From Ptychomitrium polyphyllum (Eukaryota), in contig OZ316776.1 of the NCBI GenBank assembly GCA_973851085.1, positions 5,952,001 through 6,016,000 on the forward strand: DNA of 64,000 nucleotides, in the 5' to 3' direction. This document shows, one piece after another, positions 1 to 12,900 of the stretch. A model generated the notes under the pieces. The model saw nothing but the letters and a program-made list of their open reading frames with translations. It made no database searches and had not been told where the DNA came from. The translations under genes were made by a program, and so were the position numbers. The first letter of the stretch is position 1; every line of letters begins with the position of its first letter.

Positions 1-2169
1 TCCAAAAACAACCTCCAAGAGTTGAGTTTCTTCAATAACGTCGCCAGACGCAAGAGATCGTCCATCAATAACTTCAACAGGTGCAGGGTATTTTTTCTTC
101 ACAAGCACCATGTGATGTTTGGTTGCAAAATGCTTGTCCATAAAACATGACGTTGCACCAGTGTCTAAGAGAGCCTCATTAATTATTTCATCATCTAACA
201 ATTTAATTTTGATAGGAAATGTAAAACAAGAGGTAGGGCTTGAAGGTAGTAAGAGACCTTGATTTGATGGTGGTTTCCTTGTGGTGTCCAGTTGCATGGT
301 TCCTATTGTGACTGGACAACCTTGTTATCCAATTCCACCATTGTGTTTTGAGGCTTAAAGAAAGATCTTTTGATATGGCAATCGCGCACTTTATGTCTAG
401 ACTTGCCACAATACAAACATAGGTTTTATCTTTGATGCCTTTCTTTTTCTTCTGGAGTCAAACGTCTAAACTGGGCAATATTAATTTGCATAGGTTTTGG
501 TCCTTGTGATCGGCTTTCCAATATTCTTGAAGAAGTGGTTGCCATACTTTGATGTACTGGTCGCCATCCCAAGCGTTTTTTTTGGTGCCTCTCAAATAGT
601 CTATTGCAACATGCTATTGCTTCAATGATGAATTTGTCCAATGTTTTAACCCTTGGCATTGTGAATAGCAAGTCTTTTATATTCTTTTACAAGGTCCATC
701 AGAATTGTATGACCAAGGCTTTATCATTTCAATCAAGGTCGCAAGCTAATTATCAAAACTCTGCAGCATATGTAGCAGCTGAGCGCTGTCCTTGTTAAAG
801 ACTCTGGATTCTTGTTTCAGCCACCCTTTTTTGGTCGGTATCTCTAAAAGTAGATGTCAATGCTTTTATAAAAGCATCTAAGTTCAATAATGGTGACTGC
901 TTCTCCATTAGAGGTGCAAACCACGATAGTGCATTGTTTGATAAAAGAGTGGCCACAAATCCCTCTTAAGTTGTGCCATCAGGATAGCGAAATTGATGCA
1001 CTCTAAGGAAGAGCCTTACTTGTTGAACAAAGCCTCTCAATTTTGATCTTGATCCATCGAATTTGTCTGGAATGCTAATCTTTGGCTTTGCATGGGTTGG
1101 ACGTAAGCCTTTCCTTTCAATATTGGCCTCTCGCAATCGAACAACCTCTTGATATAGGCTTTGAATATCACCATTGAATTCTTCAGCTTGCGGAGTATGT
1201 TGCTCCGAATTGTTGGTGGTATTAAAACGGGCGAATTCCATTCAAACTGTGTTTAATAACTGTTGAAGGTCTGCAATAGTTGCAAACCTATTCTCTGATG
1301 TTTCAGGTACGTTATTCATTTCTTAAGATTGGCAAAGACAAGAAGACTATGAGTACCTTCAAAGGTAGAGAATCCATGTCCTTTGAAAGAAGTAATACTT
1401 GGTTTTAGAAGGAGAAACCAATTCTATGGTGCCAACTTAGAGGAGGGTAATCCGCAACCTCTAAGACGCTATGGAATCCTAAAGAAGATGGATAATCCAC
1501 AATCTTCTTTGAAGAATCTTAGCTCTGACAAAGATAAAAAGTAGTCTTGCCAAACTGTTAGGGACACAAGAAACAAGAAGCATAAACAAAGTGTTTCCCA
1601 AGAATTAGCTTTCAAAGAGCTAATGATTAACAAGAACATGATACAAAGACTAAAACAAGGCAAGATTCAAGATGATCCACAACTTGTGTTGGCAAGACTA
1701 AGGAATACCTTGTCTTGCCTCCTATTTATACTATGACGTTTGTATCTCCTAGGATACTTCTAAAGAAGCTTCCTACAAGGCTTAAGAATGTTCTAGAAGT
1801 CTAGGGAACCTTCTCAAGAAGTTTCCTAAGATGTTGGAACCTTCCTATGAGGCTTCCAAGGAGTTGGAACCTTTCTTGGAAGTTTCCTAAAGAAGTAGAA
1901 CCTTCTTAGGAAGTTTCTTAAGATGATGGAACCTTCCTAGGAAGTTTCCTAAGGTGATGGAATCTTTGTAGGAAGTTTCCTAGGAAGTTACCTAAGATAA
2001 TAGAAGCTTCCTAGGAAGTTTTCTAAGGTGGAGGAACTTTCCTAGGAAGCTTCCTAAGAACTTGAAAAGGCTATGGAGACATCTAAAAGTATTCTAAGAA
2101 GCTATTATAGTATACTAGAAGGTTCTAGAATGTTGTAAGGACTATGTCGTATGATCTATGTCCGTGATA
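1..2169 (-). mobile_element. Gypsy (chromovirus) LTR retrotransposon copy A: 5' LTR, leader and degenerate gag-protease; continues beyond the left edge of the window
   Basis: Minus-strand gag fragments (KISIPDKFDGSRSKLRGF, KPMQIN, CLYCGKSRHKVRDC) and protease ALLDTGATSCFMDK. The LTR at 1556-2169 is homologous to the LTRs at 9965, 13654 and 26214. Confidence 0.9.
1556..2169 (-). repeat. 5' LTR of Gypsy copy A
   Basis: Minus strand reads TATCACGGAC (TGTCACGGAC in sister copies) ... CCCTAACA. TATAAATA at 1723-1730 and an internal array of GGAACCTTCCTAGGAAGTTTCC units. Confidence 0.9.
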
Positions 2170-3245
2170 GAAGGAGTATATTGAGGAGGTGTTGAAGCGG
2201 TTCAACATGGAGGACTGCAAGCCCATTGGAATTCTACTTGAAACCAATTTGAAGTTGATGAAGTTCACGGATGAGGAGTTTGCAAAGGTGCAAGGCTAAA
2301 TATAAGATGTTCCATACTAGGTGGGAGTTGAATCACTCATATATGCCATGGTGGGCACAAGGTCTGATTTGCCGTTTTCAATGAGTGTGGTAAGCCAACA
2401 CATGTAAAAAGTTGGCCCCATGCATTGGGCGGCCATCAAGAGGATCATGAAGTACTTGAAGGGCACTTAGATTTTGTGTTGTGCTTAGGAGGAGATAACA
2501 TAGAATTGCAAGGGTTTTGTGATGCGGATTGGAGTAGAGATGCAAATAATAGGAGATCCACAATGGGCTATGTATTTTGTATTAGAATGGAAGAAACCTC
2601 TTAGAATTGCAAGAGACAACCTACCATTGTAAGGTCTACTATGGAGGTGGAGTACATGGTAGCAAGTCAAAGTGCAATGGAGGCAATGTGGTTGAGGCAA
2701 TTCTTGGAGGACATTGGTCTTGTGCAAATGGATGCAACGTTCATCATGCGTGACAACCAAGGATAATTTGCATTTGCCAAGAATTCCAAGAACCACTCAA
2801 GAACAAAGTACATTGACATCTAACATTACTTCATAAGCACAATGGAAGCCATGCTTGCTGATTTGCTTACAAAAGCTTTGGTAAAGAATAGACACCACTT
2901 GTTGACGAGGTCATTAGAATTACAAGCCATTGTCTACTCGCAAATTAGGAGTGTTGGAAATTAGAGCATTAGATTGCTTGTAGTCTTAGACTTAGTGTGG
3001 AATAGAGTTAATAATATGGAGAGTGCAAGAATAAACCCATAATGGTTGAAACAATGGATTGAAGAATTATCCCATATTGATTGTAAGACTCATGTAGTTT
3101 GAGAATAATAAAGGGCAAAGCAAGGAGTGGAATTTGAATCTCACTCCAAACAATGTTTTCATACCTTGTGTAGTTTGAATCTCACTCCAAATAATGTTTG
3201 CATACCTTGTGTATTGTGCTTGTGCAATCTTCTCACTTCTAATAC
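2170..3245 (+). mobile_element. Copia relic: RT C-terminus, RNase H, PPT and degenerate 3' LTR (from 2952; right end approximate), interrupted by Gypsy copy A
   Basis: Translates to YIEEVLKRFNMEDCKPIG, GFCDADW and HSRTKYIDI with stops. PPT-like sequence is followed by TGTTGGAAA at 2952. Confidence 0.8.
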
Positions 3246-3444
3246 ATTGCTTTGAAATAAAGCAACCTTGATGTGTTTCATTGCAAACTTTCTAAACCTC
3301 CTCAGAGCCTTTTTAAATGCTTCTTATATGTATGTCTAACATACATATAACATACGTCTTCTTCAAGCTCCAAGGTCTCCAAGGAACATGTTGCAACAAG
3401 TGTTCAAAGTCTAAAGAAATTAAAATTTTGTTGTATGGTATTTG

Positions 3445-6400
3445 TGTTGAAAATGGTGGAATTTATAAAGTGATCATAGTTGAAGTTTCCTTGTGTAGAA
3501 GTAGAGCTTGATAGGTTGCTAATGGTTAAAGGGGTGTCAAGGAAGAAGCCATAGAGGATATACAAGCTAGGATTAAGAAAAAGCAACAAGGATTTTATAT
3601 AGCGGCTAGGATTAGGGTGGCTGTTAGGGTTACGGCGGCTAGGGTTGGCCGCCACATGGCACTCATTAGTGGAAGCAAATGCATGGCTTCCAAGTGGCAC
3701 ACTTTGGTGGATGACTCCAAAGTATAAATAAAAGGATTTTGAAAGTGGAAGACATCTTGCTCCACACTTCTTTTGTTGCAACTTTGCTCTCTCTTTGTGC
3801 TTGTTATACTAGTTTTTTTATATTTCTTCAAGAGATTATGGGCCCACTCACACTTAGTTGTGCTTTTTAAAATAGCTTGAAGTGTTTGTAGTTGTTGTTC
3901 TTGTGTGGAGCAAGATCAGTTGGTAGTTATTGAAGATAGAGTTAGAATTGCCTAACTTTGAGGTTTTTCACACATAAAAGGCTTGTCTTTGGATTCATAA
4001 TTGTGAAAACTTGTGAGAAGCATAGGAGTCAAGGAAATAGTTTGTTTAGAGATATAGTTGTTGCTTCTCTTCTTAAGGCATGGCTTCAAATGAAGGTGAA
4101 GGTTTGAATGTCATTCAAAAGTTTCATGGTGAGAACTTTTACCAATGGAAGGTTAGAATGAAGCTCTTGTTGGCTTTTTTGGACCTTTGGAACATCATAG
4201 ATGAGAGTGAGGCTGCTTTAGCATTGTCGGCAGATGCAAAGGAGAAGAAGGAGTTCCAACATTGTGAGAAGAAGGCTTTTGGCATCCTTTCCACTAACCT
4301 TGATGATGCCAACTTTGCCCATATCATCTCTTGCAAAGTACCAGCAGAAGTGTGGAAGACGCTTTGCAACATCTATGAGAGCAAGAACTTCTCCAACATC
4401 ATCTTCACAAGGAGGAAGTTCTTGAATTGCAAGATGGAAGAAGGGCACGACCTCATGGCACATATGAACAAGTTGAAGGCCCTTGCAAGGCAACTTGCCA
4501 TTGTTAATAAGCCATTGGAGAATTTGGATGTTGTGATTACATTGCTCATGAGCTTTCCGGAGTCTTATAACTATCTCATAGTGGCCTTGGAGTCCATTTC
4601 CATCAAGGACCTCACCATGAACTATATGACGGCGAGATCAAGCCACAAGGAGACCAAGAGGAAGGAGAAGGCGAATTCAAGTGAGGACTCGGTCCTCTTC
4701 TTGAGACAAGGCAAGGCCACTTACTCTAATCAACGTCCAAATCTTAGAACGTGCTTTGTGTGTGGAAAACCAGGTCATTTTGCTCGAAATTGCTATAAGG
4801 CTAAGAGAGAGGGAGGATGCCAATTATGTGATGGACCACCTTGGAAGTGGTGATTGTGCCTTCATGGCAAGAGAAGGGGCGCCTATGGCGGCCCTATCCA
4901 CGTGGATAATTGATTCGGGCGCCACAAAGCACATGACTCTTTACAATTGTTCATTTCATACTTATGAAGCAATTCCAGCCACTAATGTACTCGTGGGTGA
5001 CAATGGCATGGTGGAGGCCATTGGAATGGATTCCATTGTGGTAGAGGTTGTTGTAGGAGGCAAGACCAAGAGGACCACCTTCAAAGACGTGCTCCATGTG
5101 CCAAAGATAAAGTCCAACCTCCTCTTAGTGAGCAAACTTGTGATGGGAGGGTTTGTGGCTCATTTCAATAGAATGGATGTATTGTGAAGTTATTGAATGG
5201 AGATGTTGTTGCCACGGAGTTGAGGGATGGCAACTTGTACTTCATCAAGTGTAAGAAGGTGAATAGGGTGGAGGTGGCAGCCTTTGCTAAATTCACTCAA
5301 GATGAAGACAAGTTTGTCATATGGCATGGCCGCCTTGGGCACCTGAATGTGAAGGCCATGAAGGAGCTCCAAGGCATGGTAAGTGGCTTGGATCTGGGTA
5401 CAACATGCCACAAGGTCAAGGAGCTTACTTGTGAGGGTTGCATCTAAGGCAAGCAACAAAAGGCGTCGTTTCCAAGTGGAGTGGCAACTCGTGCAAGCAC
5501 ATTATTGAAGATTGTGCATTCCAACGTGTGTAGACCTATGAAAACTCCATCTATGGAAGGTGCAAGGTATTTTCTCACCTTCATTCATGCTTTTTAAAGG
5601 AAAGTGTGGGTGTTCATCCTCAAGGCCAAGAGCAAGTGTTTTGCAAGGTTCAAGGAGTTTAAAGCGCTTGTGGAGAAGCAATGTGAATCCAAGATCAAGG
5701 TGTTGCGTTTAGATAATGGTGGTGAGTTCTTATCCAAGTTTTTTGATGACTTCTTGAGGAGTGAAGGCATTGCAAGGCAAACCTCCACTCCATATACTCC
5801 ACAACGAAATAGAGCTGTTGAAAGGGCAAACCGCACCATTGTGGAAATGGCAAAGATCATGCTTCATGCTCAACATCTTGAGCATGCTTCATGCTCAATA
5901 TCTTAGGCATGTTTCATACTCAACATCTTAGGCATGAGTTGTGGGCAGAAGCGGTGGTGAATGTGGTGTACACAAGAAATAGGTGCTCCATAGGTGCCCT
6001 TGTATCCATGACCTTTGAAGAAGCTTGGAGTGGTAAAAAGCCTTGTATTTCACACATGAGGATCTTTTGATGCCTTCCATATGCAAAGGTTCTAGATTGC
6101 ATGAGGTCCAAGTTTGATGCAAAGGGTACAAAGTGTGTGTTCTTTGGTTATTGTGAGGGCAGCAAAGCGTATAGGTTGATATGTGTGGAGAGCAAGATGA
6201 TCATCAAGAGTCGTGATGTTGAGTTCTTGGAGCACAAGAGTGCTTGTGAGCACTTGGAGATGTGTCCAAGTGGGAGTAATGGTATGACTGTGGACACATC
6301 CTCCACTTCAACAATGAAGAAAGTAGAGATATGGATGGAAGTGAAGTAACAATGGAGGAGGAGAGTAAGGCAACTTCCATCCTTAAGACCAGTGGAGGAG

Positions 6401-8370
6401 CCTCACAAGATGATGGTGAGTATCTTCATCCAAATGAGGAGAATCAACCTCCAAGTGAGGGAGAAGTGGATGTATTACAAAAGGAAAGGCTTGCAATGAG
6501 TGGTAGAAGGTACCCCATGAGGAAGAAGAGGCTACTTGGTGAATGGTGGAAGAACCATATCTTTCCCTAAGTGAGTGAATGGTGGAAGAACCATATCTTT
6601 CCCTAAGTGAGTGAATGGTGGAAGAACCACATCTTTCTCCAAGTGAGTGCAGAACATGCCAATGTTGCCCTCCTTCTTGATCCTTTAACTATGTGCAATG
6701 CCTTGAAATCTACAAATGCCATGAAGTGGGAGAAGGCCATGGAAGAGGAGTACAAGTCATTCATGGACAATGGCTCATGGCACTTGACTCAACTTCCTCC
6801 AAATTGTTCTTCCATAGGTTGCAAGTGGGTGTTTAGAACCAAGAGAGATGCTCTAGTAGCACCTTGTTTGCAGGTTGAAGAAGGCCTTATATAGGCTGAA
6901 GCAATCACCAAGGGCATGGTACCAACATATTGATGCATTCATTAGGAAGGAAGGATTTGTGAGAAGTAAGGCGGATCATTCCTTCTATGTGATGCAAACC
7001 ATGGAATTCTTGTTGATTGTGATTTTGTATGTAGATGACTTGATCATGTTGGCCAACCTTTTGGAGAAGCTAGAATGGTTGAAGGCCAAATTAAAAAAGT
7101 AGTTTGAGATGAGTGATTTGGGCAAGTTGCACTATTGTCTTGGAGTGGAGTTTGTGAGGAATTGTGCGAAGAGGACCCTCACCATGAACTAGAAGAAGTA
7201 CATTGAAGAGGTATTGAAGCGATTCAACATGGCTAATTTTAGGTTGCCAAAGCTAAGTGATGAGGAGTATGCTTAAGTGGAGAGTGAAATGCAAGGCGTT
7301 CCATATAAGGCAGGAGTAGGGTGCCTCATGTGTGCTATGGTGGGTACAAGGTTTGATATTACGTTTTTGGTGAGCGTTGTGAGCCAACACATGTCTAAGG
7401 CCAACTCCATGCATTGGGCAACCATGAAGAGGATCATGAAGTATTTGAAGGGCATTTTAGACTTTGTGTTGTATTTGGGAGGTGATAACATTAAGTTGCA
7501 GGGATTTTGTGATGCAGATTGGGCTGGAGATGAAAATGATAGGCACTTTACAACGGGGTATGTATTCTTTGTTGGAGTGGGAGCCATCGCTTGGAACTGC
7601 AAGAGGCAACCTACAATTGCAAGGTCAACCATGGAGGCGGAATATATGGCGACAAATCATGGTGCAATGGAAGCAATGTGGTTGAGGAAACTCTTAGAGG
7701 ATATTGGACTTGTATAAGTGAATGCAATGCCCATCATGTGTGACAATTAAGGATGTCTTGCATTTGCCAAGAATTCCAAGCATCACTTAAAAATAAAGCA
7801 CATAGACATCCAACATCATTTCATAAGAGAGAAGATTGAAGATGGAGTGATAGATATGAGGTATTATGCAACAGAGGGCATGCTTGCTGATTTATTAACA
7901 TATGCATTGATAAAAGATAGACACCACTTATTGACAAGGTTAATAGAATTAAAGGTCTTTTGACCAATAGCAAAGTGAAAGTGTTGAAAAGGGTGGAACA
8001 TATAAAGTGATTCTAGTTAAGGTTTCTTTGTGTAGGACTAGAGCTTGATAGGTTGCTAATGGTCAAAGGGGTGTCAAGGAAGAGGCCATAAAGGATATAC
8101 AGGCTAGGATTAAGAAAAAGCAATAAAGGTTTTGTATAGCGGCTAGGATTAAGGTGGTTGTTAGGGTTACAGCGGCTAAGATTGGCCGCCATATGGTACT
8201 CATTAGTGGAAGCAAATGCATGACTGCCAAGTGGCACACTTTGGTGGATGACTCCAAAGTATAAATAAAAAGGTTTTGAAAGTGGAAGACATCTTGCTCC
8301 ACACTTCTTTTGTTGCAACTTTGCTCTCTCTTCTTGCTTGTTATACTAGCTTTTTTACATTTTTTCAATA
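3445..8370 (+). mobile_element. Full-span but defective Copia LTR retrotransposon (element B)
   Basis: 389-bp LTRs at 3445-3833 and 7982-8370. Exact TSD ATTTG (3440-3444 and 8371-8375). PBS GATTATGGGCCCAC. Domain order gag(CCHC)-PR(DSGAT)-INT-RT(YVDD)-RH(DADW). Confidence 0.95.
4080..7962 (+). pseudogene. Disrupted Copia gag-pol of element B
   Basis: ORF pieces 4080-4853, 4756-5187, 5604-5906, 6875-7102 and 7277-7717 are collinear with the near-intact gag-pol at 17719-21762. It has frameshifts, stops, two triplications and an RT deletion near 6856. Confidence 0.9.
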
Positions 8371-8879
8371 ATTTGCAATATACTCCAATTGTTTTTCACA
8401 ATTCAAATGGTTCATGGATCCTTCTAATCATTGATAGTATTCAACTTCTTATATTTGAAACCAAGAATAAACATATGTATCTTTGTTGTCAAAGTGTCCT
8501 ATAAATACCACTTTTAGATAATCTTTGTAAACTTGCTCTCTTTCAAAGACAATCACTATGGATCTATTACTAGGTATCTTTTGAAGTTTTCTTGGTCCAA
8601 TCTATTCTTTGTCACAAGGTTGTCAGAGCAAGCCACTTGATTGGATAAAAACCATTGATTTGATATTTGCATCTTGGCCGTCCATATCTAATATACCAAA
8701 TTAATCTTAAGGAACTGTGATAAATCCAAAATACAAAGGCTACTATTGTAAATCATGTATAAATTTTTCAAAATTTAGGATCTAGGAATTATTTTTTCTC
8801 CTATTTAAAAGCCTAAGAATTAAGAGTCTTCAAGGTTATACAACATTACTAAGCCATTATTCCTTGTGTTGCTACGTTT

Positions 8880-9585
8880 GGTTTGAATGGATGTTGTCAA
8901 TGGAATTCATAAATTTTTATTGGTGATTTAGCACAATTATTAACAGGCTTCCATGTGTGTTCACTGATGTCATATTTGCGCCAATGGACTAAGTATTCCA
9001 ATGTTTTATGTTTTATTTGTAAATCAAGCATTTCTTTCACTTCAAATTCATGATGATTGTTGATTTCCACCACAAGTGATGGCTATTGCCTTTGTCTAGG
9101 GATACTTGATTCTTTATAAGCTTCTAAAAACGAAATATGGAAGACAAGATGTACCTTTATTGATATTGGTAGTTCCATAGAATATGCTATGTGGTTGATT
9201 TATTTTTGAATTGCAAATGGTTCCAACCCGCGGTAATCTAGCTTGTCACATGGCTTAATGGTTCGTATATTGCATCAAATGAGACATACGTTTTCATCAA
9301 CTTAGAATGGAGGTTATTCTTTCCTTATTGTATCTGTTGTCGTTTTATATTGTTCTCAAGCTTCTTCTAGTTAAAACTTCATAGTTGCTTGAAGCTCTGT
9401 CATTCTTGTGGCAGATTCTACAACTATTGGATTTTCAAATCATGGACGCTATAACATATCCATCTTTGGATGATGTCCATAATTGGAATACAATGGCATT
9501 TGTTAGATGGAAGCGTGAGCAATGTTGTTCTAAGCAAAATCAACCAATATCAAGTAGGAAGCCCAATCATCTTATTGGTAGTTGA
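8880..9585 (-). mobile_element. Old chromovirus integrase C-terminus and chromodomain relic
   Basis: Manual minus-strand translation gives VFHISFLEAYKES...EFEVKEMLDLQIKHKTLEYLVHWRKYDISEHTWKPV, homologous to the chromodomain at 11249-11497. Confidence 0.7.
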
Positions 9586-9964
9586 TGATACACCTCAAAT
9601 ATTGCTCCAAAATCTAGTTGACTTGCTCTTACAACCAGGATAACCACAAGACAAGGCTTTAAGATTGCACCATGTATAACAAGGTAAGTTCAAGTATATT
9701 AGTGGTATAGAACTACAAAAAAGTACAAAAGAAAAGGCTAGAAGGTCTGAACTAGACCACAAGAGATGCATTGTCAAGACTGAAGATCCCTTCAGCTTCA
9801 ACTCTTATATATATTAGAACTATAAGTCTTAGAAGATACTTGGGAAGCTTTTCCTACATTGCTATATACTCAAGCAACCTTAAGTTCCTTTCTTGGAAGT
9901 TTCCTAAGCCGATAAAACTTCCTTGGAAGCTACTTTAGCTGAGGCAACTTCTTTGGAAGCTTCC
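9586..9964 (-). repeat. Truncated LTR of a second Gypsy family, interrupted at 9965 by a Gypsy LTR
   Basis: Same-orientation similarity to 33680-34118 (ACTAGACCACAAGAGATGCAT...GATCCCTT...TACTCAAGCAACCTT). Left boundary approximate. Confidence 0.65.
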
Positions 9965-12900
9965 TGTTAGAAACACAAGAAATAAGAAGCAAAAACGAAG
10001 TGTTTCTCAAGAATTAGCTTTCAAAGAGCTAATAATTAATTAGAACTTTATACAAAGACTAGAACAAGGCAAGATTCAAAATGATCCATAACTTGTATTG
10101 GCAAGACTAAGGAATACCTTGTCTTGCCTCCTATTTATACTATGACGTTTGTATCCCCTAGGATACTTCTAAAGAAGCTACCTACAAGGCTTAAGAATAT
10201 TCTGGAAGTCTAGGGAACCTTTCTAAGAAGTTTCCTAAGATATTGGAACCTTCCAAAGAAGCTTCTAAGGAGTTGGAACCTTCCGTGGAAGTTTCTTAAG
10301 ATGTTGGAACGTTTCTTGGAAGTTCTCAAAGGTAGTGGAACCTTCTTAGGAAGTTTCCTAAAGAGATAGAACCTTCCTAGGAAGTTTCTTTGGAAGTTTC
10401 TTAAGATGATGGAACCTTTTTTGTAAGTTTCCTAAGGTGATGGAAGCTTTGTAGGAAGCTTCTTAAAAACATGGAAAGGCTCTGGAGACACTTAAAAGTA
10501 TTCTAAGAAACTATTATAGTATACTAGAAGATTCTAAAATGTTCTAAGGACTATATTGCATGATCTATGTCCGTGACCTCACCTCTCCATTTAGAAACAA
10601 GTTCCATGAGGAGCTGCTTTTTTGGCTTACACGTTACATTTGTACAAATTCCAAAATTTGTGAAAGGATTAAAACAACATATTCTACTTGTTGTTCTTCG
10701 TTCCTTGGTTCAATTGGTCCTTATAAGAAACGCGAATGACCACTAGCCAAAACTTCTGTTTGTTGAAATGTTTCATCCCAAGATCTGATCTTCATTAAGT
10801 CCTTTAAAACATCCTCCAAATAAGATCTCGGATCTTTCAGGAGTGGCTCTTCCAATTTCTAACAAGATGACTAGAGCGTGAGCATCTGAATTAAGACTGG
10901 AATGTGAAGGGCGACTAGTCAATTTTTTTGCACGAGGTTGTATTCGACGTTGAAATGTCCTTCTCATATCTTGGCTTGGATCCTCCATTACCGAAGGCCA
11001 AGAAAGTTGAGTTGGCTTAATAAATGCTGTTGTTGATGAAGGCATGGCCGACTGCTCTTTATGCATATCCATAATAACACAAAGATTTGACATACTCGCT
11101 AGGATTTGGAAATGATTTATCTTGGAAATAATGCTGCATACAATTGGAGGTTTGGATATCTCTCCTCCTTTCTTATACTTGTCTATGAAGGAAAAACTTC
11201 TCTGTGGAGCTAACGGCTGCTGATGGCACATCATCATTGACCTGGTTTCTAAGGATATCTTTGATGAAATTTGCGTACCTTCTCGGATGCATTTGTTACA
11301 TTTGTTGAAGGTTCCCATGTTTGGTCATTGATGCCATATTCCTGCCAATGTATAAAATATCCCATACATTCATTCTTAATGCATGAATCTAAGATCTCTT
11401 CCACTTCATATTCAATTTCATTATTGATTTTTAGCGGAAGAAGTAGAGGGCCAATTCTCTCTGGTATACATGATTTATTATAGGTTTTCAACAACAAAAT
11501 GTGGAATACTCAATGAATTTGTATGCTTGGTGGTAGCTTTAGGCAATAACTAACCGGATTTATTTGTTTGTTGATTTCAAACGCTCCCAACCTTTGATAG
11601 TCCAACTTCTTTGATTGTCATTTTGTTTGTATATTTTGTCGTAGGAGCCATACGCTATCTCCAACCTTGAACTTTGGAATGTCTTTCTTATGGCATTCTG
11701 CATAAGATTTAGAATAACCTTGAGCTTATTATAAATGGAAGGTAATTTCTTGATGGATTTTAGTAAGTTGAATTGCAAATTCCTCTACTGCAAGACTTCC
11801 AACATGCTTCTTTTGAAATGAATCTGCTCAAGAATGATGCCCATAGTTTGCAAAGAATAGACTTTGAGTTGTTTAGAAATGCATTGTATTGTTGTAAGCA
11901 AACTCTGCCAAAGGCAAGAGGTCCATCCAGTTGTCTTGTTGGTAGTTTACACTACAATAAAGGTATTGCTCCAAAATTTGATTCACAGGTTCAATTTGAC
12001 CATCAGTTTGTGGATGGTGTGCTGAAGAAAGATTGATCTTTACACCCAACAGCTAGAATAGAACCCTTTAAAAGTTGGAAATGAATTGCGGCCCTTGATT
12101 GGATACAATATCATCTGGTAGTCTATGTATGCGGTAGACATGATTTAAAAACAACTTGGCAGTTTCTTCTCCCGTTACCGTCTTATTGCATGGAATGAAA
12201 TGTGCCATTTTGGTAAATCGATCCACCACTATCAAAATAGAATCCTTAGAATCGGAATTTGGAAGGTTTGTGATAAAATCCATTAACAACAAAAAGCATG
12301 GACCCTTTGGTACTGGAAGCAGATGGAGGAGACCATGAGATTGGTGTCTTGGTACCTTGGCTATTGTACAAGTGTTTCATGATCAATTAAAATCCTTCAC
12401 ATACTTCCATATTTGTGGCCACCAATAGTCTTTAGGAATCAACTCCATTGTTTTCTTAAATCCAAAATGTCTAGCTGCTGGAAAATCATGACGTGCTTGA
12501 AGGATCTTCAACCCCAAAGGCCCTGGAGGTAGGTACAAAAATCTTTGATAATAAAGTAGGCCCTTTTGGGATTCAAAGTCCTCATCGCTATTTGAAAGAT
12601 CTCAATTGTCTTTAAAGCGCTTTCTTATATTTGAAACAAAGACATCAATCTTCAAAGCCTTCCAAATTTTGTCAAAATGGGATGTTGTAGTAATAATGGC
12701 TGCTTTCAATTGAAGATTCTCTGGCTTCAATAAGATAGTCCTTTATTGATTCAAAACATCATCACCAAAGTTGAGGAGCTATATAAGATCTTCGAGATAA
12801 GGCATCTAGCTTACCTTGTAAGCAACAAGGTTGATAGAGAATGACAAAGTCAAAATCTGAAAAGCAACATACTCCACCTTGCTTAACGGCAATTCAAAAT

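Noticed and set aside
3404..3831. ORFs within Copia LTRs (also 8013-8368, 17275-17861, 22195-22658) with NPNP or LTLAA repeats
   Set aside because: By-products of the TAACCC array in the LTRs, with inconsistent starts and stops between copies.
6539..6646. 36-bp repeats as a CRISPR array
   Set aside because: The units are head-to-tail with no spacers, inside Copia pol, in a eukaryotic context with no cas genes.
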